64,000 bases of DNA. It comes from an uncultured bacterium (lineage in GTDB: Bacteria; Zixibacteria; MSB-5A5; GN15; FEB-12). Below are positions 1 to 8,510 of the stretch, in pieces. Within the stretch, counting starts at the first letter, position 1. Every line of letters starts with the position of its first letter. Below the pieces are notes generated by a model, which did not search any database, was not told where the DNA came from, and saw only the letters and a list, made by a program, of their open reading frames with translations. The stretch is taken from assembly GCA_965372795.1 (NCBI GenBank), contig CBDVDR010000003.1, forward strand, positions 64,001 to 128,000. The letters are read 5' to 3'. Made by a program: the position numbers and the translations under genes.

Positions 1-1432
1 TGCCAATGGTTGTGGAAAGTCTACGATATTAAAGCTTCTGATTGAAAAATTTAAAAATAATAAAAACTATTTAGAAGATAATCAGATTAAACAACAGGGT
101 ATAATAGAATTAAAAAAAGATATTGAGCTTTCATACCTGCCTCAAAATCTGCGAAACGACTGGACCATTGATAAAACTGAATCTGACGACTATTCGAAAA
201 TCTCTAAAGTTTCAAAGTTAAATTTAAAATACAATTTTGATGGATGTAATAATTCTATTGATAAACTTTCCGATGGGCAGCTCCAAAAGTATGCCATAAT
301 TGATACCTTAACTTCTCAAGCCGATCTGTTTTTATTGGATGAACCGACTAATTATCTTGATATAGATGGTTTGACGGCGCTTGAAGATAATCTTTTACAA
401 CTTAAGAATGACAACCGGGGCATTGTTATAGTAACTCATGACCGTACCCTGACTGATAATATTGCTGATCGGACAATTTACATATCGCAAAATGGTATCT
501 ATGAATGTCATGGGGGCTACCAAACAGCCTGGTCTTTGAAAACAAGCGATCTTGATTCAAGGAAAAATCGCGCGAAAGAAATTAAACGGCGTATAAAAAA
601 TTTACAGGAGGATGTCCGGCGAAGAAAAGGCTGGTCGAATCTCAAGGAAAAACAAAAAATCGGAGCCGGAGGTGCCAAAGCATTTATTGCCCGCAAAGCA
701 AAAAAGATGGCCAAACGGGCAATGTCTGTAAATAAAAAAGTAGAAAAAGAGATTGAAGAACTTAAGCAGGATAAAATTCTTAAGAAGCGTGATATAAATT
801 TATCCTTCCCTGACTATGAAATTAAGCATCGTAATGTTTTCACTGTTAAAAATTTATTTTTTTCATATTCAATTACAGACGATCAATCTAATAGCTTATT
901 GAATAATATTACAATTGAAGCAAGTACGAATGATAAAATTTGTTTATTGGGTTGTAACGGTGCCGGTAAATCAACGCTGTTTAAATTGATAATGGAAGAA
1001 TTGGAACCTCATGAAGGCTCGGTATATCGTCATCCTCATCTTAATATGCAGTATATCAATCAGGGATTAATAGGTTATTTTAAAAAAGAAAGATTGCTTG
1101 ATAATTTTGATGGATTAGCTGAAGAATCAAAAGTTCGTCAGTATCTTGGGGCTGCCCTGTTAAGACGTGAGAAAGTTACGGACTTAATAAAAAATTTTTC
1201 ACATGGCGAATTGATGCGAGCCGCGATTGTAAAATGTATTCTTGAAAAAACTGAATTTTTACTTCTTGATGAACCGACCAGCCAACTTGATATTGAGTCG
1301 ATAGAAGTGCTTGAAAATTTATTAGTCAATTATCAGGGCGGATTTTTAATTATCAGTCATGATCGTACGTTTGTAAGTAATGTTGCTGAGAAATTATATG
1401 TTCTTGAAAACAACATAATCAAACAGATTTAA
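1..1432 (+). CDS. ABC-F family ATP-binding protein (ribosome-associated, ARE-like linker), 5' truncated by window edge
   Basis: The frame is open from position 2 (ANGCGKST, Walker A) through LLDEPTNYLD, a basic inter-domain linker and a second ABC domain (GCNGAGKST, LLDEPTSQLD). No TM segments. Confidence 0.88.
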   Translation, partial: ANGCGKSTILKLLIEKFKNNKNYLEDNQIKQQGIIELKKDIELSYLPQNLRNDWTIDKTESDDYSKISKVSKLNLKYNFDGCNNSIDKLSDGQLQKYAIIDTLTSQADLFLLDEPTNYLDIDGLTALEDNLLQLKNDNRGIVIVTHDRTLTDNIADRTIYISQNGIYECHGGYQTAWSLKTSDLDSRKNRAKEIKRRIKNLQEDVRRRKGWSNLKEKQKIGAGGAKAFIARKAKKMAKRAMSVNKKVEKEIEELKQDKILKKRDINLSFPDYEIKHRNVFTVKNLFFSYSITDDQSNSLLNNITIEASTNDKICLLGCNGAGKSTLFKLIMEELEPHEGSVYRHPHLNMQYINQGLIGYFKKERLLDNFDGLAEESKVRQYLGAALLRREKVTDLIKNFSHGELMRAAIVKCILEKTEFLLLDEPTSQLDIESIEVLENLLVNYQGGFLIISHDRTFVSNVAEKLYVLENNIIKQI

Positions 1433-1442
1433 AATTTAAATA

Positions 1443-2339
1443 TTAAGCTTTGGTATGATGCCGGTTGTGAATCCAAATCCACTGGTCGCGATAGGTATCT
1501 ATTATTTTTTCAAGTTCCTGAGTACATTTGTGAGTAATATTGTAAACATCTTTTTCAAAATCACCCGATGGCTCTATTGTCACTTCCGGCTTGATAATAA
1601 TTTTGTATTTGTTGTTGTCGATCCTGACACACGCCATCGGAACAAAGGCTGATCCCGTTTTCAGACCGATCATTGATTGACCCACGGGAGTATTTGATGG
1701 TTTTCCAAAGAAAGGAATAAACATATTACGCACCCGCATCGAATCGGTATCAATTAGTACACCGAGGGCTTTGCCACTATTCAACCATTTAATAATATGT
1801 TTTGGGGAGTCGGTTGTGTAAAAATTAGTTAAACCCAACGAGGTTCGGTTTTCAGTTAAAATTTTATCGAGCCGTTTTTCATACATCTCTCTGCCGATAA
1901 CCGCAATGTCATAACCAAGATTTTGAATCCAGATTGCTAACAGTTCAAAATTACCAATATGCCCGGTAACTCCCACCAAACCCTTGCCGCGTTTATAAGC
2001 ACGATCAAAATGTTCCAATCCTTCTACTTCAACCAGATTTTTGATCTGAGAATGGAAGTATTTTTTAAATCTAAGCATATCAGCCAAATTCTTACCGGAA
2101 TTTATAAAGAAGTTTTTACCAATGTGATATTTTTCAGAATCAGATAGTTTATCACCATAGCAAGTGGTTAAGTTGTTAAAGACATTTTGTTGTTCTTTTT
2201 TTAAAATTTTCCAGGCAAGGATTCCAATCGTACTTCCACAGCGAATTGCCATTGAACGGGGAATGAGATTGAATATCAAAATTGTTAGTCTGACAAAGAT
2301 AACAGTTAGACTATGTTTGATGCGTTTCTTGAGTTTCAT
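1443..2339 (-). CDS. Lipid A biosynthesis acyltransferase (LpxL/HtrB-like lysophospholipid acyltransferase)
   Basis: H-x4-E motif (GHIGNFELL), PFFG, C-terminal QWIWIHNRH. Last gene of the kds cluster. Confidence 0.85.
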   Translation of the reverse strand: MKLKKRIKHSLTVIFVRLTILIFNLIPRSMAIRCGSTIGILAWKILKKEQQNVFNNLTTCYGDKLSDSEKYHIGKNFFINSGKNLADMLRFKKYFHSQIKNLVEVEGLEHFDRAYKRGKGLVGVTGHIGNFELLAIWIQNLGYDIAVIGREMYEKRLDKILTENRTSLGLTNFYTTDSPKHIIKWLNSGKALGVLIDTDSMRVRNMFIPFFGKPSNTPVGQSMIGLKTGSAFVPMACVRIDNNKYKIIIKPEVTIEPSGDFEKDVYNITHKCTQELEKIIDTYRDQWIWIHNRHHTKA

Positions 2340-2370
2340 GAAAAATATTATTATTTATTTTTAAGTAATA

Positions 2371-3336
2371 CTATACAAGTTTCGATTTTAAAATATCATG
2401 CAGATGGATAATTCCCAATAGTGAACCATCGGAATCTACTGTGGCAAGCTGAGTTATTGAGTGGTCTTCGAAGATTTTCAAGGCAGCATCCAAAACAGCA
2501 TCAGCATTGATTGTTTTAGGATTTTTCACCATGACATCACTGGCTGTAAGATTTTCAAAATTATCCTGAGTTTCAACTACTCGTCTTAAATCACCATCGG
2601 TGAAAATCCCAATCACTTTTTTACTATTATTAACAATGATTACACACCCAAGCCGTTTGGAGGTCATTTGCAAAATCATTTCTTTCATCGTAGCGTTTTC
2701 TGATACGATTGGAATTTCATCGTCGGTGTGATGGATTTCAAATATTTTTTTTAACAAACGCCTTCCCAATAGTCCCCCCGGGTGGAGTACCGCAAAATCC
2801 TGCGGTGAAAAATTACGAGCTTTTAAAAGGGCGACTGCTAAAGCATCCCCCATAACCAAAGCTGCGGTTGATGATGAGGTCGGTACGAGGTTATTAGGGC
2901 AGGCTTCTTTTTCTACTGAACAATCAAGAGGGATATCAGCGCGACGAAACATCTCCGAATCAACCGTACCACAAAGAGCTATAATTTTTATTCCAAGCCG
3001 TCTTGCAGTTGCAATCAGAAGTTCCATTTCGTTAAGCTGGCCTGATTTAGAGATCACCATGATAACATCATCGTTGCGAACCAGTCCCAGGTCGCCATGG
3101 AGAGCTTCGGCGGGATGCAGGAAAAACGAGGAGATACCGGTTGAATTGAAAGTTGCAACAATTTTATTGCCGATGAGCCCTGATTTCCCCATGCCGGACA
3201 CTATCACGCGTCCTTTGCAATCAAGAATAGTTTCAACAGCATCAATGAAATTATCATCAAGACGATCAGCTAATGATGCAACCATTTCTGATTCTATTTT
3301 GATGACTTCCTTTGCATATTCGATTAGTTTTTTCAT
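2371..3336 (-). CDS. kdsD: Arabinose-5-phosphate isomerase, KpsF/GutQ family (SIS + CBS pair)
   Basis: GMGKSGLIG, HPAEALHGDLG, EACPNNLVPTSS, HPGG, C-terminal CBS domains. Confidence 0.95.
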   Translation of the reverse strand: MKKLIEYAKEVIKIESEMVASLADRLDDNFIDAVETILDCKGRVIVSGMGKSGLIGNKIVATFNSTGISSFFLHPAEALHGDLGLVRNDDVIMVISKSGQLNEMELLIATARRLGIKIIALCGTVDSEMFRRADIPLDCSVEKEACPNNLVPTSSSTAALVMGDALAVALLKARNFSPQDFAVLHPGGLLGRRLLKKIFEIHHTDDEIPIVSENATMKEMILQMTSKRLGCVIIVNNSKKVIGIFTDGDLRRVVETQDNFENLTASDVMVKNPKTINADAVLDAALKIFEDHSITQLATVDSDGSLLGIIHLHDILKSKLV

Positions 3337-3863
3337 TTTATATAATCTACCGGATTAAAATCTTTGGCTTTGAAATAACATTCGAGGATTTCCCGAACGG
3401 CACCAACACCGCCATTTTTTTCGGTTTTATAATTTACTATTTTAAGCAGTTCCTCCGAAGAATCATTCACAGCAATAGACAGACCGACTTCTTTTGCAAG
3501 AGGGATATCAAGGATTTCGTTACCGACAAAAGCAACATCAGAGAATTCTATTTTTAATTCTTGAAGCAACGGTTTTATCATTCCGACTTTGCTTTTCTTT
3601 CCCTGAAAAACATGTTTAACACCGAGGTCTTCCATTCTGGTTATGGTAGCCGGAGAGTATCGTCCTGAAACTATGGCAAGTTCCAATCCGGTTCGCATCG
3701 CCAGAACCATGAAAAATCCATCTGAGATATTAAATTTTTTCATTTCAAATCCATCCGGACCGAAATAAATAGAATCATCAGTTAGTACGCCGTCAACATC
3801 AAGCGCCAGTAATTTTATAGTTTTAAATTTATCAATAAATTGATCTTTAGTTAATAAGCTCAT
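3333..3863 (-). CDS. kdsC: KDO 8-phosphate phosphatase (HAD family)
   Basis: LDVDGVLTD, GGVGAVRE. Lies between kdsA and kdsD. Confidence 0.93.
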   Translation of the reverse strand: MSLLTKDQFIDKFKTIKLLALDVDGVLTDDSIYFGPDGFEMKKFNISDGFFMVLAMRTGLELAIVSGRYSPATITRMEDLGVKHVFQGKKSKVGMIKPLLQELKIEFSDVAFVGNEILDIPLAKEVGLSIAVNDSSEELLKIVNYKTEKNGGVGAVREILECYFKAKDFNPVDYIK

Positions 3864-4657
3864 TCGGCAGCCTCTTTAATTTTTAAAATACTTTCCAGAA
3901 ATTCATCCATCTTCTCAAGCGGCAGCATAGCTCCCGCATCTGAAAGCGCTTCGTTTGGGTTAGGATGGGTTTCAACAAAGATGCCATCAAGACCAATCGC
4001 CATCGCAGCTTTTGCCATCGGAATTATAAATTGAGGTTGTCCGGTTGAAACGGCTCCACCGCCGCCGGGGAGTTGAAGTGAGTGAGATGCATCATAGATT
4101 ACTTTATGCCCTGATTCTTTCATTATCATAAACGATCTAAAATCGACAATCAGATTACGATAACCAAAAGAGGAACCCCGCTCGGTTAGCATGATTTTTT
4201 TACTGTCAACTTTATTAGCAATTTTTGCCATATCTTCAGGAGCAAGAAATTGTCCTTTTTTGATATTGACCCATTTTCCGGTTTCGGCAGCTTCAATGAC
4301 CAGATCAGACTGCCGGCAAAGAAAGGCTGGAATCTGGAGGATATCGGCAACTTTGGCGACACTTTTGATTTCAGATGTTTCATGAATATCGGTCAGAATT
4401 GGAAGGTCAAATTTCTTTTTTATATTTTCAAGAATTTGCAAGCCGTTATCGATACCGGGTCCGGTATATGAACCGGCTGATAAGCGGTTGGCTTTTTTGT
4501 ATGAACATTTGAAAACAAAGGGTAAGTCATATTTTTCTGCCAGAATTTTTACATGTTCGGCAACCTGAAAGCATATTTCTTCGGTTTCAATAACGCATGG
4601 TCCGGCAATCAGGAAAAATTCGCCCTTTTCGATTCGGTCTAATATTTTATTTTTCAT
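3860..4657 (-). CDS. kdsA: 3-deoxy-D-manno-octulosonate 8-phosphate synthase
   Basis: IAGPCVIE, KANR, QIPAFLCRQ, NIKKGQF, ETHPNP..ALSD. Confidence 0.97.
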   Translation of the reverse strand: MKNKILDRIEKGEFFLIAGPCVIETEEICFQVAEHVKILAEKYDLPFVFKCSYKKANRLSAGSYTGPGIDNGLQILENIKKKFDLPILTDIHETSEIKSVAKVADILQIPAFLCRQSDLVIEAAETGKWVNIKKGQFLAPEDMAKIANKVDSKKIMLTERGSSFGYRNLIVDFRSFMIMKESGHKVIYDASHSLQLPGGGGAVSTGQPQFIIPMAKAAMAIGLDGIFVETHPNPNEALSDAGAMLPLEKMDEFLESILKIKEAAE

Positions 4658-4776
4658 GTTGAGAATATAAACAATATCAGGTTTATTGTCAGTAAGGAAA
4701 TAAAACGGAATTTTTTGATAAAGTTAAGTAATGAATATCATTTGCCACGCAATCAGCCAGATGTTATAATAATCAT

Positions 4777-5718
4777 ATGGCTGAAAAGAAAATAAAAGAG
4801 TTTGCCTTAAATGATGTTATAACCGGCTTTTTTATTGTCCGTAAAGCTGATATCAGGGAATACACCAAAGGAAATTATCTAACAGCCGAACTGGGCGATA
4901 ACAGCGGCAGAATAAATGCCGTTTATTGGGAGCCGGATACCTTCTGTCTTACGGAACTTGAAGCGGGGTATGTGGTCAAAGTTCGGGGTACTGTCGGTGA
5001 ATTTCGTGATAAATTGCAGCTTACTATCGTTCGGATTCGATTAGCAACGGAAGATGAATATTCGCTTGATGAATTGCTGCCGCATTCAAAGCAAACCCAC
5101 GATGAACGAAAATCCCGTATTTTGAATCTGACTGAAAAGATCGAAAACCAATATATCAAAACGCTGGTTGAATCATTTTGGAATGATGAAAAATTCTTTG
5201 ATAAATTTCTTAAGGCTGCTGCCGGAAAACTTTGGCATCATGCCTATATCGGCGGACTGTCAGAACACAGCGCGAACCTTGCCGAGTTGGCAGTTAGAGT
5301 CTCAGTAGGGTATGAATATCTGAATAAGGATTTGCTGATCTTTGGCGGTCTGTTTCATGATATTGGAAAACTTGCAACCTACACAACCGATATGGTGATT
5401 GATTTTACTGATGAAGGTCGTTTGATCGATCATATCTGTATTGCCGATGCCTGGATTGTTGAGCGCGCCAAACTGATTGAGAATTTCCCCGACAAACTTC
5501 TAATGAAACTTCGTCATATAGTTTTATCACATCAGGGAGAATACTCAACTCCGGTAGTTCCCAAAATTCCCGAAGCCTTTGTTATTTACTACTGTGATGA
5601 GATCGACAGCAAGATGGGTGCTTTGGAACGAATTCGGGAAAAAGTCGGCGGTAAGGGCTGGTCGGATTACATCAATTTGATACAGCGTCATGTTTATTTT
5701 GGAGAGGGTGACGATTAA
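4777..5718 (+). CDS. yhaM: OB-fold + HD domain 3'-5' exoribonuclease, YhaM/Cbf1 family
   Basis: N-terminal OB fold (LGDNSGRI), HHAYIGGLSEH, HDIGK, SHQG, DEIDSKM. Confidence 0.85.
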   Translation: MAEKKIKEFALNDVITGFFIVRKADIREYTKGNYLTAELGDNSGRINAVYWEPDTFCLTELEAGYVVKVRGTVGEFRDKLQLTIVRIRLATEDEYSLDELLPHSKQTHDERKSRILNLTEKIENQYIKTLVESFWNDEKFFDKFLKAAAGKLWHHAYIGGLSEHSANLAELAVRVSVGYEYLNKDLLIFGGLFHDIGKLATYTTDMVIDFTDEGRLIDHICIADAWIVERAKLIENFPDKLLMKLRHIVLSHQGEYSTPVVPKIPEAFVIYYCDEIDSKMGALERIREKVGGKGWSDYINLIQRHVYFGEGDD

Positions 5719-5719
5719 C

Positions 5720-6460
5720 GTGGCAAACGATAATGATTCAAATATTATCTTAGAGACAAAAAATCTTACCCGCAAAGTTTCCCATAACAATTCTTATAAA
5801 AAAATTATTGATGATTTTAGTTTTTCATTTGAAAGATGCAAGGTCTATACCATCATTGGTCCATCCGGTGCCGGGAAATCTTCGTTGCTAAGACTTTTGA
5901 ACCGACTTGACGAACCGAGCGAAGGACAAGTTTTTTTTGAAGGAGAAGATTATAAATTGATCTCGCCATGTGAACTGCGTAAAAAAATCGGGTTTCTTTT
6001 TCAAACACCTCATCTTTTTGAAGGAACCGTTAAAGATAACCTCCGCTATATTGATCAAACTTTGTCTGATGAATATATCGAAAAGATCGCTAATCAAGCT
6101 CATATCAAACCTGATCTGATTGAATCGGATGCTTCTTTATTATCGGTCGGGGAGAAGCAGCGCGTTGCTCTGGCAAGGATGCTGACTTTGAATCCGGAGA
6201 TAATTTTACTGGATGAACCAACCTCGGCGCTCGATCCATCCTACACCAAAGCTATTGAAAATCTTATTAAAGAGATTGTAGACAATTGTAAGTCGACTGT
6301 GATTTTTGTCAGCCATAATCCCGAACAGGCATTGCGAATGGGTGGTGAAGGATTGTTGATGGTCAACGGCAGGCTTATTGAAAGCGGTGCGATTGAACAG
6401 TTGGTAAACAACCCTCAGTCAGAAGAGGGCAAGCAATATCAATCGAGGCAGTTAATATGA
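5720..6460 (+). CDS. ABC transporter ATP-binding protein (FetA/YbbL-like)
   Basis: GPSGAGKSS, LSVGEKQR, LLDEPTSALD. GTG start at 5720 chosen because it lies just after the yhaM stop. Paired with a FetB-type permease. Confidence 0.85.
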   Translation: MANDNDSNIILETKNLTRKVSHNNSYKKIIDDFSFSFERCKVYTIIGPSGAGKSSLLRLLNRLDEPSEGQVFFEGEDYKLISPCELRKKIGFLFQTPHLFEGTVKDNLRYIDQTLSDEYIEKIANQAHIKPDLIESDASLLSVGEKQRVALARMLTLNPEIILLDEPTSALDPSYTKAIENLIKEIVDNCKSTVIFVSHNPEQALRMGGEGLLMVNGRLIESGAIEQLVNNPQSEEGKQYQSRQLI

Positions 6461-7218
6461 CATCACCCGGTCTTGTACAAGTATTAATTTCATTTCTGTT
6501 AGTCTTTGTGGCAGTAGCTGTGACGCGGTGGTGGAAAATTCCGGTCGCAAAAGATTTATCATTCGGATCGGTGCGGGCATTTATTCAATTGATCGCGGTT
6601 GGGTATGCCTTGGAATATATTTTTGCGATGGAATCATTCTGGTTTATTAGTTTAGCATTAATGATAATGATTCTGGTCGGATCATATACAGCCGCCGGTC
6701 GAGTCAAATCTGTCTCCGGGTCATTTATAATCTGTTTTGTTGCGATATCATCCGGTTCTTTGTTAACTCTTTTTTTAATGCTGATGTTGAATATCATAAG
6801 TTTTGAAGCGCGATATATTATTCCTTTGGGCGGGATGATTATCGGTAACTCGATGAACGCCTCGTCAATATCGATTGATCGGCTATCCTCAGACCTTCGA
6901 AATAACCGGCTGGGAATAGAAACTTCGTTGTCGCTTGGGAAAACCTGGCGGTCGGCATCATCAAATTATTTGAATCAGGCAGCCAATGCCGGACTAATTT
7001 CAATATTGAATTTTGTGAAAACAGTTGGAATCGTAGCTCTGCCGGGAGCAATGACCGGGATGATTTTAGCCGGGGCTAATCCGATTGATGCTGTCTATCT
7101 TCAGATTATAGTTGTCTTCATGTTGATGTCCTCAGTTACGCTGACCTCGGTAATTTCGGTTGCCTTGACGGTTCGCAAGTTTTTCACCCGCAATCATCAG
7201 TTGTTGATAAGTTCGTGA
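6457..7218 (+). CDS. fetB: ABC transporter permease, UPF0014 FetB/YbbM family
   Basis: RAFIQLIAVGY, IIPLGGMIIGNSM, GIVALPGAMTGMILAGANP; multiple TM helices. Confidence 0.88.
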   Translation: MTSPGLVQVLISFLLVFVAVAVTRWWKIPVAKDLSFGSVRAFIQLIAVGYALEYIFAMESFWFISLALMIMILVGSYTAAGRVKSVSGSFIICFVAISSGSLLTLFLMLMLNIISFEARYIIPLGGMIIGNSMNASSISIDRLSSDLRNNRLGIETSLSLGKTWRSASSNYLNQAANAGLISILNFVKTVGIVALPGAMTGMILAGANPIDAVYLQIIVVFMLMSSVTLTSVISVALTVRKFFTRNHQLLISS

Positions 7219-7371
7219 CGGATAAGGCCTTAGGGTGGCGATTCGTAAATTCATATAATAAAAATATTAGTCTTGTCTTTTTGGAGAAAATCCATTTATT
7301 AGGGGGAGATTCCTGTGAGAATTATTTCTTACAGGTCTTATTCTGCTTTTTGCAGAAACAGAATATTACAC

Positions 7372-7458
7372 GGAGAGGTGTCCGAGTTGGCTTAAGGAGC
7401 ACGCCTGGAAAGTGTGTATAGGTAACCCCTATCCAGGGTTCGAATCCCTGCCTCTCCG
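7372..7458 (+). tRNA. tRNA-Ser (anticodon GGA), CCA not encoded
   Basis: Acceptor stem GGAGAGG/CCTCTCC; anticodon arm CACGC-CTGGAAA-GTGTG; long variable arm; T-arm CAGGG-TTCGAAT-CCCTG. Confidence 0.96.
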
Positions 7459-7649
7459 CATACAAGGTTTGTTTTACACTGGCACACTTTGGTTAGGGTT
7501 TTATCAATATTTATTATAGAAAAGTTGGGAGTAACCCACTAATCACACTATCTATCAAATTAAGTAGCTTTGTTGATGTAGATTGACAAGAACACAGAAT
7601 ATCTGTGCATTTTGATAAGTATTATTTTATGATGATTCTTACTGAACAG

Positions 7650-7678
7650 TTTGTGCCTGCATTATTTGCAGGCACAAA
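7650..7678 (-). terminator. Intrinsic terminator-like hairpin after the 197 aa gene
   Basis: TTTGTGCCTGCA-N5-TGCAGGCACAAA perfect inverted repeat, 12 bp past the stop codon. Confidence 0.7.
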
Positions 7679-7690
7679 GCAATAATAATT

Positions 7691-8284
7691 TTAGTGTGAA
7701 ATGCCAAATTTGGAAAAGTGGCTAATTTCAAAGGTTACTTTTCCTTTGAAGATTTTTGCTTCCTGCTGAAGTAGCCATTCACCTGTCTCAGGATCATGGT
7801 AATAAAGCTTTACTACCCCTTTATGTTTTGGAGCTCTTAATGCATTAAGAGAAGCAGCATTTACTATAATTTTAGCTGATGGGGAAAAGAATAAGCCATC
7901 AGGACCAAAATCGAATTCAAATACAGTAACGATGTCATGAGAGGTGCTCTTAGCAGTACAAGTTGTAATATCAATCACAACATCTTCGTTGATAGCTCCG
8001 GGTTCAAATTGGATTCTATTTTTTGGTCCGCCCCATCCAAGTTGAATTTCCCCACCATCTGCAACTGTAATAAGTCCTGAAGATTCATAGCATTTTTGAG
8101 TTTTATCTTGTTCGACAAATTTACTTGCCTGAGATAAAACAGGTCCATCAGCCAGAAGATCTGGCTGTAACGGATTTTGGCTACAACCAATAATCCCAAT
8201 TAAAGCCAAGATAATCAAAATATTAATTGGCAGAAACTTTCCTGTCAACTTTGGCTTTCTAAAAACATTGTATCTGCTATTCAT
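7691..8284 (-). CDS. Lipoprotein with ZU5-like domain ending in HFS
   Basis: Lipobox-like IIGC; GGEI..FEPGAI..FGPDGLFF..LYY..W..ISHFS pattern typical of ZU5-like folds; GGAG RBS. Confidence 0.65.
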   Translation of the reverse strand: MNSRYNVFRKPKLTGKFLPINILIILALIGIIGCSQNPLQPDLLADGPVLSQASKFVEQDKTQKCYESSGLITVADGGEIQLGWGGPKNRIQFEPGAINEDVVIDITTCTAKSTSHDIVTVFEFDFGPDGLFFSPSAKIIVNAASLNALRAPKHKGVVKLYYHDPETGEWLLQQEAKIFKGKVTFEISHFSKFGISH

Positions 8285-8331
8285 ACGATATCTCCTAAAT
8301 TAAATATTCATAATATTCTATGAATAATAGT

Positions 8332-8347
8332 AGCAAAATGATTACCA
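8332..8347 (-). promoter_or_regulatory. Candidate sigma54 promoter
   Basis: Minus strand TGGTAATCATTTTGCT = GG-N10-GC, about 50 bp upstream of the 197 aa gene. Confidence 0.5.
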
Positions 8348-8510
8348 ATTATGGGGAAAGTCCAATATTTGTCTTGTTACTCATAGTGTGCCAGTAGGTT
8401 AAAATAATAATAAATTTTTTCAATATGAAACAGGAGATTTGAAATTTTAAATGAATAGTTAAAAATATGGGATGAATCCTATATGATGTAGGGAATAGAC
8501 TTCACAAAAA

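Noticed and set aside
7215..7421. 68 aa ORF
   Set aside because: It overlaps tRNA-Ser and its promoter region and has no protein features.
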